Below, in pieces: positions 33,231 to 43,964 of a stretch of DNA of 64,000 nucleotides (its first letter is position 1; every line of letters starts with the position of its first letter). The notes beneath the pieces are model-generated. The model was not told the origin of the DNA. It saw nothing but the letters and a program-made list of their open reading frames with translations, and did not search any database. A program made the position numbers and the translations under genes. Source of the DNA: Piedraia hortae CBS 480.64 (taxonomy: Eukaryota); the NCBI GenBank assembly GCA_010093745.1, contig MU005977.1:186116-250115 (forward strand), read 5' to 3'.

Positions 33231-35181
33231 GAGGCTGATGAATTTAGTCGTTAACGACTAAGCGGGATAACAACTTTTAACGACTAGCATGTGATGAGAG
33301 CAGTAGCTTTGCATGTGACGGGGCGAGTAGATGACTAAGCAATCTGCCTTTCAAACGACTAGCACGTGACGAGCATCCTCATCACACAATGAGATGTGGG
33401 CCGTGCCGTTCGCACAATGAGTCTTATAATCTTTGAATAATTGGACAAGATTTCATTCCTGGCAGCCTTTGTGGCAGTCGCTCGCTATGTAATGCAGATC
33501 GACATGGATTTTGCTTGGGCGGCCACTGGAATGCCCCTTCGCTACGGCAAACACCCAGCAAAATGACGGGCGGGGGCCCGATACCACAAAAGGGTTGTTG
33601 GAAAAGGCAAAGGTCAAACTGCCTCATGAAACTCAAAATCGAGCCTCGCGACCAATGACCAGCTTGCAGCTGCGGAATTTCGGAATTCCTTGGAGCATAA
33701 AGTTCAAGAATTTTATTGGGTTGAACACTGGCCCTCCGGAGACTTCTCGAATGTCAATTTTCCTTCTGGCGAGGCTGACTGGGCTTGCCGTTGCGGATGA
33801 GCATGGAGTCCTGTGACAGGTTAATGATTTGATCCAATCGAAACTGTACGACCAGGCAAGATTTGTTTGGTGTACAGAGATGCTAAAGATGGATGAGTCG
33901 GGCCAATTCGACATGTTTGGCTCCGTTCAAGAGTACTTCATTGACCACGCAGCCCATATATTCCAGATTTGCTTGACCAGAACAAGCAACTGCTCTTGCA
34001 CGTACTGCCCCCGGAGTCAGCGACCGACAATAAATAGACGAAAGTCATCGCGATCGTGTCAAGAGGATCAATTCTTCTGGCGGACCAGCAAGCAATTCAG
34101 ATAGCGCTGAGCGGCAATTTAGCTGTCTGCCGAACGAAAATCGACTACACCCAGGACCTGCCGACTACCTCATTCAAGTGGATGGAGTCAGAGTCTCTTG
34201 AGGAAGGAGAGGCATCAACAAAGGTGGCAGTTTGCTCTGGTACACGTGAATGTAGCGATTGGGAAGTGCAATCGTCGCCAGAACTCCTTGACATTGAGGT
34301 CATGCTGATTGAAGACATGATCGAAAAGCCCGTATCAACCATCCAGTTTGGAGGACACAGATACGACTTGAAAGCAGTCTTTTACACATCCGCGGCAAGG
34401 AACTATATTTTCCTCGCACGTTGTGGTTCAGGGGCAGTATGTTTTTTATGATGGAATAAAGACACCGAAAGTTAGACGGCACACCGAGCAAATGTACCAG
34501 CAGACCAGAGACCTCATCTGCAGGGTCTGGTGCCGCCGCACCAGTTCCTGTCCATCATCCGATAATCCTCAAGGCTCGGTTAATGATCTGATAGACCCCT
34601 GTCCAGACGAGCCTCCCTCCTCTTCTTAACTCCCTGAGGCCACTCTCGTTGATGTTGCGAAGAGCATCAAAGACAAATTTCTTCCAAACCTCAACAGGAG
34701 AGCCAGGAAGGCGCAGCAACCAAAGCGCGGCGCATGAAAGTACCCTGTAGATCTTTCAGTACAGGACGTCTTATCAAAAGGGCCATTGTCCGTGTGCGCT
34801 GGCTGCCAGGAGAAGATACCGCGCGAGAAGCAACGGCTTTTTGTCAAGACAAAGGCGCCAAAGATGGGCTGCCCGGAGACCAAGTCTTGCCATCTGGTGA
34901 CAGAGTGTCTCCTGAAGGCTTTGACCGTGAGTGAGAAAGGTTAATTCATGGAGTCGGTCAGAATAAATGAGAGCTTGAAGGAGCTGAGTCTTACAATTCA
35001 TTAGGTTCCCATGTAATATGTATATGAACACAAGGCTCAGAATCCATAGCAGGCGACGTTGGCACCTTCAATGTTTCATTGATAATTAATTACCGCGCTT
35101 AGTCATATACTAACTTGGTCACGTGCTAGTCATTACAAGTCGTTACCCACTTAAGTCGTTAACGACTAAAATCCGAACCTC
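33231..35181. mobile_element. Non-autonomous or decayed TIR DNA transposon (~1.95 kb), superfamily unresolved
   Basis: TIRs ~33231-33294 and ~35119-35181 (GAGG...CCTC, about 80% identical by eye), each with the internal palindrome AGTCGTTAACGACT; flanked on both sides by ATATATA; subterminal AACGACTAG repeats. Confidence 0.85.
33660..34944 (+). pseudogene. Frameshifted cargo ORF of the element: USP/C19-like peptidase remnant plus PARP-type zinc finger
   Basis: YDLKAVFYTSAARNYIFLAR..VCF/YDG resembles the USP His box; CAGCQEKIPREKQRL...SCHLVTEC at 34795-34908; in-frame TGA at 34735. Confidence 0.5.
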
Positions 35182-35587
35182 ATATAATAGACTATGTGTC
35201 AGAACTCAGGGCCTACGTCATGCGAAAGGGCCCGGTCCGTCCACGGCCTGAGTCTAGTGGCGGCACATACTCAGTCGGCACTGACATTTCTCATCTCTTC
35301 TTCACGCGTTGTTCTTTGTCTACATAGGGTCTACGCAGTCTTCTCGTCCATAGCCCATTGCTTTGAGCCTCTCACCCTTGTCTCTCCTCGATCCCTCGAC
35401 CCCGGACCCTCGTCCTTAGCCTCGGGTCGTGACACAATTACGCAAATGAACTCTTGTTATTTGTAGAATGGCGGCATAGCGATGATGTCATGTGGGATTT
35501 ATACGGGAGAGCTCAGCAGAGATTTTCAGCTTATTAATGTTAACAGTGCATTGCAAAGCTTGCAGGTCGAAGCCTGGCTAATTAGGT

Positions 35588-37088
35588 CTAAACTCCACGC
35601 AGACTGGCCTCGCAAACTCGAATGCCTTTGCCCCACTCCGAGTTGAGGATTTGATGGGCCGTCAAACGCCGGCTGGCTTTTGGATCCAACACGCTGTAGA
35701 TGACATTGCGGCAGCGGGCCTGATTGAATCCTGTTAGCCATGGCTCGTAGTAGAGAATGGAAATAACTCACTCTATGCAAAGTCTCGATGGGACCATATC
35801 CCTCCTCACTCTTACGGCCACGAATATAGTTGTCGTAAAATTCGTCTTCGTCCTGCTTGGCAACACGCCAAAGGTGACGGCCGGTGCGCATAGCCATGTA
35901 GATAACGCCGCAGGCCCAGACATCGACGGCGCGAGGATCGAATTCCGTATCCGTGTACTCTTCTGGCGCAATGTAGGGCGCACTGCCGCAGAGGCCGGCC
36001 GTCATGTGCGGCTCCGTCTCCCACGCCATCCTGAAGCACTCGCCATTGCCAAAGTCAGTAATCTTCAGCGATCCGTGAGTCGTGAGAAGGAGGTTTTCGG
36101 GCTTCAGATCGCGGTGCGCAACACCCATCTCGTGAATGTATTCGACGCCACGCATGAGCTGCGAAAAGTAGCAGTCGGCCTCGGCCACCTCGAGTTTGCC
36201 AGAGGCGAGAACTAGCGAGTACAAGTCTCCTCCGGCGCAGTACTCCATAACCTCGCAAAAGTCTCCCTTGGCGTCTTCAAGCAGGTCGAGCGTGTGGATG
36301 ACGTTGGGATGCCTCAATGACGACGAGATGCAGAACTCCGAATTGAGCCTCTTGCTGTATTTTTTGGAATCTTCTTGTGGCCTGCGGCGGAACTCCTTGA
36401 CCGCATACAGCTGCTCCGGCTTGCCCGAGTCTGTGGGGTTTGCTTTGTGGGCAATGCGCACGATGCCAAACGCTCCCCGGCCCACAACCTCTTGACATTT
36501 GCCGTATTTCTGCACCAATGTCGCCGATGCGTTGGGACCCTGCGAGCGGTCTTTGGCCTGCTTTTCGTGTTTCATCTGGTCCATCCACGACGCCACTAGC
36601 GACAATGGCTGTTCCTCCGGGTCCTGTCGACGGCGGCCGCCCATGAAATCTCTGATCATGTTGCCGAGTTTCTCCTGGCGTCGTGCGCTGCGCAGGTAGT
36701 GGAAGTGTTCGCCGGAATCATCGATCCAGAAGCGCTTTTGCACCACCTCCTCGCGCTTGTCCTTGTTCGGTGCGCCGCTGCGCGTCTTGCTCTGGTTTCT
36801 CGACCTTCCTGGCACACTGGACTCGTCATTCGCTTCCGTCTCAGACATCCTCTCAGCCGGTCTCTCTCGAACAGTTTCTCGAACATCGTCCTTTCTGAAT
36901 ATGCTACCAATGCGCTGCAGCGTGGTCCGTTTCTGGGACAGACTGGGTCGTGTAGGTGCGATTTGCGAACCATTAGACTCGGGACGGTACGGCGACCGGG
37001 CCCGCGACTGAGAGGCAGTGCTCACGGTGGACCCGTTGCGGCTGGGACCAATGTCGGGGTTGGGGGATTGCTGAGTCATTACTGCCAT
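35588..37088 (-). CDS. SAT4: Ser/Thr protein kinase, HAL/NPR family (Sat4/Hal4-like); intron 35720-35771
   Basis: KYGKCQEVVGRGAFGIVRI, YAVKEF, SEFCISSSLRHPNVIHTLDL, HRDLKPEN, DFGNGECFRMAWE, GLCGSAPYIAPEEY; splicing gives ETLHR|ARCRNVIYSVLDP. Confidence 0.92.
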
Positions 37089-38353
37089 TAGAAATACTCT
37101 TGTGGAGGCCAGTCGGTGTGTATGTGTTGGGCGGGGGACGTAAGGCGCGGTGAGCGGTGTCTTGTTGACGAGTCGATATTGTTGTGCACGTGGCTTGTTG
37201 TTGAGCAAATGATCTGTCACCATCAGCGTTGCCAGCACACCCAAGTCAGAGACTTACTGCTCGGAACAGACGGCCCGAAGACCCTGCTATCACGAAAAGG
37301 CTAAGTGCACAATCATGGTGAAAGCGAACAAGTAGATTGTCGGCTCTGGGCAACGGGAGCTTTGGTTTAAGCAGCGCAACTGAGGGGTCCAATATGAAGC
37401 CTCAAAGTGGGCATGTGGGAGGGGCCGCGTTGCTCCTTGGCACAGAACACAGAAACGGGAATCCCGGCCGATGCACGATTCTTTCACTCTCTTACAATGC
37501 GCCAGTATTAACCACTCTCGGTCAAAATAATAACCAGTCGCAGTTTCTGCCCGTTCGCAAACCGTTGATTCCTTTTGGAGATCCAAACGACTCGTGGACA
37601 CCTGCCTCCCAGCGTTTTCTCCTGACTCGGGCTAGAGGGTGGGCCAATTACGCTTCCTATCTTCGGACCTCATTCTGCATGTTGCGCTTTGATTGGTCAG
37701 CAAGAGTCTCACAGGCCTTGCTGCGACAGGTCTCGTGCAATTGGCTCCCGACCGTGTCCGCTTGCGGCCAAAGCACAAAGGGACTGTGTTACCGTCACTT
37801 ACCAATAATAACATTGCTAACGGACTAGCCATGAGCAGTCCATGCAGACGTTCTGGATGTAGGGTCGAAGCTTGCACTTAGATAATATCTTGTTCGTTTT
37901 GTTTCTACCTACATGCAACTGTTGCTATCCTGCTCATTGCATCTACAAGGGTTCTCTCGTATGGAGTCATGAGCGTTGGACTTTCCATGCATTTCTGTTA
38001 CTGTAAAGGGAAGTGCTGGGGATGTGCACGGCCCAGGTTCGAGCAAGATATTGTCTGGTATAGAAGGGCCTGAGGGCCTGCTATACACTCATGAGCTCCT
38101 GCACAGAAAGCGCGCGCATACTGCGTAGGCGCGCGCCTGGTGAAGCGCACCCATAAAACAATCATGGGACGAAAGGGCTAGCCCGTAACAGTTACATTAG
38201 AATTCCGTTACTTGATCCAGACGTTGAGCCCTAATCATGTTCATTTGAGATTTTCGCTATAAATTGCGGATGAATGGATGGATGGAAGGCTATGTATGTC
38301 GTGGAGATTCGAATTAATACATGTCTGTACGAAGGCATTATTTTACACATGTT

Positions 38354-38905
38354 CTAAGAACCACCGGCAGATGCATTAGCAATGGCATCATCTGATTGTT
38401 CCTGACTTGGTTGTGGTCGTGATAAGGCTTCGAATCTGCCTATGGAGGGTTAGCAGTTGTAAGATTAGGCGTGTGGAGCAAAAATACGCTGAACAAGGTT
38501 CAAATACGAACGCTTCCCACCTTCCTGCGTGTCTCGCGTCTCCATGCGAGCATCAGCTTCGATGAATAGTCGCGTGCTATTATAAAATCAGTCGGACTCT
38601 CCACCACACATCCGTGCGTGCGCTTACCCCTTGGGGAGTGCCAGGAGAAAATCCCGCTGAGGCCCATCGGCAAAGCTGGTGACATTGAACCAGCTAGTGG
38701 CCCGGTTTCCCATTTCGTCCCTCGGACCATAGTTGACGGCAACAGCGTATCTGATGAACTCGCGACCCGACGACGATGCAGAAAGCTCTGGCGTGTCCGC
38801 AAGACGCCCAATCAGTTGCATCGACGCGAGCGGACGCACCGCAGTTGTTGTAAAGGCACGCGTGCCAACTGCTGAGCGTGACAATGCGGTTCGGAATGTT
38901 GACAT
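38354..38905 (-). CDS. RIM1: Mitochondrial single-stranded DNA-binding protein; introns 38577-38627 and ~38440-38487
   Basis: Presequence MSTFRTALSR..RAFTTT; MQLIGRLADTPE; IRYAVAVNYG; TSWFNVTSF; LPKG|TRLFIEADARM; LNLVQ. Confidence 0.93.
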
Positions 38906-39279
38906 TTTCCGTAATCCGATGAAGTGAGGTCGCGTTTTGCCCTGTTTACCACGCAAACTTGAAACGGGCGCACGGGCCACTACCAGCGTGCCTCCGCCCG
39001 GGGTTCTGCCGTACGCAATTTATAAATGCCAATTGCGGAAATTTGCATCTGAGAACGCTTTTAACAGCCGCTGCTAATGGGCTCACATAGCTCTGGAATC
39101 TGCACAGCCGACTAAGCAGCTCACAAACTTATTACTAATCCAATCTTGCAGCTCAGCTTGCTGGAGCCAAATTCTGTCCGCTGTTTCTAACATTGCATCA
39201 TATGTGAGTCTTCATACAGTTCAAATGATACCCGTAAACAATACTGTCACGGCAGCTACATGTTGGTATCTAATCCACA

Positions 39280-40900
39280 TTCAAGGGCTTGTTCTGTAGC
39301 ATCTACCAGTACCATCTGAACGGATCCCTGAGCCATCCGTCGTTGTAAATGTCTTTTTGCGTAGCCTCAACTTTGCTGAAACCTGTGAGCACTTGTTCGA
39401 TCTATTTGTGGGGGAGAACTCGCTACCATCTCCCTTCTGAGTGAGACCCCCGGACTTGACCCAGAGGTACGCGGTTGTAAGGCGAGCAGAAGCATCAGAT
39501 TTCATGATCACCAGACTATTGGATCCACTATTCAAAATTTTGACCTTACCGCAGTCCTGTCATTAGATATCCTGCAGCAACTTGCTGCGAACCACAATTA
39601 CAAGTCACCGAAGCTGACTCTAGATTCCGCGGGTCCCTCTTTATAGCGGCCTTTCAGCACCGCTGGTTCGCCCCCATGAACCTGTAGGTACCTGGACACA
39701 GCGGATTCTTGATATAGTGGAAAAGCTTGGTCCGCTCAGTTGTAGTGAACAATGAGATAGTACTATGTCTGATGGTGTTATGTTGTTGCAATGAACACCT
39801 CGGGACCTGCACCGGCCCTGGAACGTATTCAACACCCGACATGGTACAAAGGTCACTATGATCCCCCGCAGTAAGACTATCAGAGGTCTTGCCACGGGAT
39901 TTGCGACCAGTTTCGCTGACACTGCAGACTTGTTCAGGACCCTGCCCATGTATATATACCAGAGCATATTATGTATCATGTTCCCTCTCCTCTCACCCAA
40001 GCGCCATAGTTGGGAAAAAATGATGTTGAGTTGGATCTTTTTTCGGGACTTAAGAATCCCTTAAAGGGATTCTTTTCTCTTGTGCGGTATACCATTGGTG
40101 AAATCTTGTCCTGGAGGTTTGTGTAGGGCCTGTCACGTGGGATCATGTCTGTTCCGTTGAAACAAATTGCCTAGAGCAAACATGTAAAGTCGAAGGGAGG
40201 TGGAAGTTGTATACGACGCATGAATATGACGCCAGCAAGGAATTCCCTTGGCCTTGAGGAGGCCATGAACGTCGCAGGCATGGAGGTCGACAAGCACATG
40301 AAGACTAACGAGAAGGCAATACTTTGGCAGGGAACAACTTCTTCTCCAAAAGAAATTAACGCTCATAGCTGTTAATGGAATGTACCTGCCAGTGTATTAA
40401 ACTTTGTTGTATTTTCCAGTCAGAAGTCGGTTCTGGCTGAGTGGCAGTCAGCTTGTCCTGCCGGGTATATGAGATTTTTTGGGGGTCTAGCTCGTCTAGG
40501 CAGTGGTTCCCGTGCAGGTGCCCCCAATCCATGATTTACATTGTCCAGTCTGACTGCTGCCAGAAGTACGAATGACTGACCTTGCGCCCTAGGGCCTGGA
40601 AGAGTGTAGATTCCTGCTTACCTTCTCTCTCTAAAAACTACCTGTAGTGGATGATGGGAAGCTGCAATCAGGAGAAGTTACCAACAAAAATTAAACAGCC
40701 ACGCTCTGCTACAGGTGACTTCTCAGAAAACCAGCGTGGACTGTCAAAGTCTGTTTTCAAAGCGAGCCAAAGAGCGACTTTTTTACGGTTATATGCTGCG
40801 GAAACCCTGCTGAGGGGATAAAGCTGTAGCCACGGATTTGCATCTCCAAAATCTATTGCAAAATGGCGCTCATGGGTATAAGAAATGAGAATAGTTTGCA
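39280..40900 (-). pseudogene. Decayed paralogue of the dispersed family (boundaries approximate)
   Basis: Collinear matches to 1550-1890 (ACCTGC...GTA..AAAG.TCAC...GTGTAGGGCC...TTGAA); no intact ORF. Confidence 0.4.
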
Positions 40901-41567
40901 TGAACGTTGTAGGAATAGGCCTTAGCGAAATTTGGTAATAGTTCCCGAAATGGAGAATGCGACGAACAACTCAAAGCTTACAGATCTCAATTTCTTGCAT
41001 AGCTCCCCACAATGGCAGAATATCGTATTCCAGCTGATTGGCATCCAAAAACAAATGTAAAGTCAAAAGACATATTCAAGAAGAAACAGGGAAAAATAAA
41101 ACCGAGAAAACTTCATTCTGCACATCGTGTTCTGAAAAAGCAGCTGCAAACATTTCAGATCTTCTTGCGTTCGAACAACTCTCGATTATTTCTCCAATTC
41201 ACAGTGAACGCATGAGATTATACGTGACCATATAGTCGAAAAGGAGAAGATGTATGTATGTATACAGTACCAAACCACCACTGCTTTCGGTGCTCCCGCC
41301 AATACAATAAAATCAGGTATCATTTGTCACCTAATCTGATTTGGTGACCAAATGACTCCTGAGACCAGAAAAGCTGCGAAGAAATGTATTATGAATTTGT
41401 TTCCCAACGGTCTTGGAATTCGGCATAGGTACACCATGAAGACAATATCACATCCCACACCATCTATTATACATGGAGCTGTTGTCCGCGAAAATGACAC
41501 GTGACCAAAACCTCGCCTCATCTCCTGGTCCGCTCAAAGCGACAGCTCCCCCTTTCTTTCCTGAAGC

Positions 41568-42290
41568 ATGCCGTACTGTTTCGATAATCACCGCTCGCGT
41601 ATCCCTATGCGTCCGCAAACCCCGCTGGTGAAGATTTCCCGATATGCCGTGGCTGTCGCAACCAGGATCACAACCTGCGGGAATGCTACCACTGCCTTAG
41701 GGACCGCCGCCTCCAGCCCGAAAGCGAGTTTGTCAGGCCTGGTCGTGGTTTCTACCAGCCGTGCAACCGCTGCCGTGAGCGTGAACGTAATAGGCGATAC
41801 AGGCGGCGGGAGAAAACCTCGAACCCTCAGGAACACAAAGCTCGGATTTCCTACGCGATCGCGGTCGCTGGCAACATCCCGAAAGAGACGTCATCTAGGC
41901 TCCAGAAATGTACAATGCGTGCACTGAATTGCGCCCCATTCTATGCACGAGACTGACACATCGGAGGGCAAACATTCCAGCTGCAGCATTTATTAGGAGA
42001 TCGCCGTGGAGATCACTTCTCTGCCTGAGTGCCCTGCTGTCCCTGATCGTTCAATTCTCCCTCATGATCGCGACCATTGATAATGGTCCAGTGAGATGTT
42101 GGTACAGCCCACGAAATATACTGCGCCTCCATTGCTTGGTTTCAAGGTCAGACGAATACCGGAGGGTATTTATACGCAGCTGCTGTCATGGCAAGCAAAT
42201 TGCTGTCAAGAGCACCCTTCACAATATGTGTTGAGACTCTTATGCAGCGGCCTGCCCTGTTTGATTCTGGAGGCAATATTGCAAGAACGT
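41568..42290 (+). mobile_element. Decayed Helitron-like Rep/Hel N-terminal fragment
   Basis: Frame 41633-41956 (not in the ORF track) ICRGCR..ECYHC..QPESEF..PCNRCRER; then frameshifted YCASIAW / FIRSCCHGK / HPSQYVLRLL. Confidence 0.55.
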
Positions 42291-43341
42291 TCCCGGTGGC
42301 TCAGTGTTCCCCACGGGCTCAGATGGCGATGGCGTGTATGCAGCGGGCTGCATTATGGCCTGTACTGGTCGATTAACCGCAAATATGCGCCGTGAAGCTC
42401 ATGAGCGATTAAAAATGGGCTAACCGGATAGAGCAGATATCATACGATCGCGCAATGCATTGCTAAGTTTGGTTATCTTCAGTTGTACGCCATAGGATGG
42501 TTGAGCTCCAGCAACTGACTGGGTTCGTTCACTCTAGGAATTTCATTACGACGGCTACGACGGACAATCTTTCCCCCCCCTTCGCGAGCCGTCCATGATA
42601 TGATGCCTGACCGAGTCTAAACCTTCCATTCCGTGGATTGGGCAGACGGTCATGGAGACGATGTAATCCATGAGCTGACCGCCTTATATCTCGCTAGACC
42701 TATTCTACTCCGAAACATCTTCCTCCGTTGATTCTCTAGCTCAAGCGGGAGATATCTGTTATGCTGCTGCGCAGCTGCCATCCCAAAGCTAGCAGTTGCA
42801 ACTTACCCGCTTAGCTATCACGTAAACGCACTCATTGGTGGTGGTTTCACGGCACCCATAAGTTGCTCTTTAAGATGAAGATGCTCACTAACAAGGTGAA
42901 TTTCTTAGTATTGACGTTAAATCAGCTCCCAATATGCTCTTTCTGTGCAAAATTAACCCAAAGGGGCCCATGTTCTGTCCTCAAAGCCTGTGCGCATGGC
43001 TCTGCAGTGCAACGGACTGAAATGGCCCGGATGATAATACCATCAATACAGCTTACTAGGCAGTTGAGAATGATACCTTCGATTGTATCCTATGGCGACA
43101 GCTATGTAATATAAATTTCCATACCCTCTTGCTACTTAGCTTAACGCTCAAAAATTCAAGAGCTGGACCAACAACTTAGTGACTAAGTTGGCGTTGGTTC
43201 TCGTACTAAGTATGGCGGGCTCACCGAATGAAAAGTAGCCAAATGATTCATGCCAGCATTCGAAAATTTTCCACAGGGGAATCACGTGATATGTTCATTG
43301 CATACATATATCCATATTCTTGAGAAATGCTTAGAGAACAA

Positions 43342-43413
43342 TCGGATATGGTGTATCGGTTAGCATCACCCGCTTTCACCGGGTAGAGCCGGGTTCGACT
43401 CCCGGTATCCGAA
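43342..43413 (+). tRNA. tRNA-Glu (anticodon TTC), intronless
   Basis: Acceptor TCGGATA/TATCCGA; anticodon arm ACCCG-CTTTCAC-CGGGT; T arm CCGGG-TTCGACT-CCCGG. Confidence 0.96.
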
Positions 43414-43418
43414 TTCTC

Positions 43419-43425
43419 TTTTTTT
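43419..43425 (+). terminator. Pol III terminator (T7) of tRNA-Glu
   Basis: TTTTTTT 5 nt after the tRNA 3' end. Confidence 0.8.
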
Positions 43426-43964
43426 ATCCCTCTAAGATATACCCATAATTGGGGTCGGGCGGATTTTTTGTTTTGAAATGTTACCAACTTGCTTGTCACT
43501 GGTCTGGGTTCTATAATATGATGGAAGAAGAGGGAGTCGATATTTCCTCCTTTTTGAGACGAGTAAATGTAAGGACGATGATATATTCTCAAAGAAACTG
43601 ATATCAAGGTAGAACTATCGTTATGTTATTAATCGCTGTTCTCTTTCGAATGGAGTGGTGATATATTTTGGTTTGCGTGGTGCATTCGTGAAAAAACATC
43701 TTTTTGAGCACCCTGCGAAGCTCATATGGTCAAATAGAAGAGGAGTTTTCAAGACATTTGTGCTTTGTCTCGCTCTGAATTCGTACACTACGACAGACAT
43801 ATGAGCAATTGCAAGATTCAGCTGGCCGGACAATAAAGGGGCAAAGCACGCGCGAGACTGGAATGATGCCAACGTGACAGATCTAATGATGCAATAATGC
43901 TCAACGCCGAGAAACGCAGACCATCACAAAGGGTATCCATGTACAATCTTCATCCGTAACACCT

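Noticed and set aside
33241..33370. Reiterated AACGACTAG motif as a CRISPR-like array
   Set aside because: Eukaryotic context, short irregularly spaced units, explained as transposon subterminal repeats
37089..37244. ORF-track N-terminal extensions of the kinase (also 49975-50145 for the secreted protein, and the unspliced kinase C-terminus 35526-35771)
   Set aside because: Bacterial-style TTG/GTG starts or intron read-through; spliced ATG-initiated models fit better
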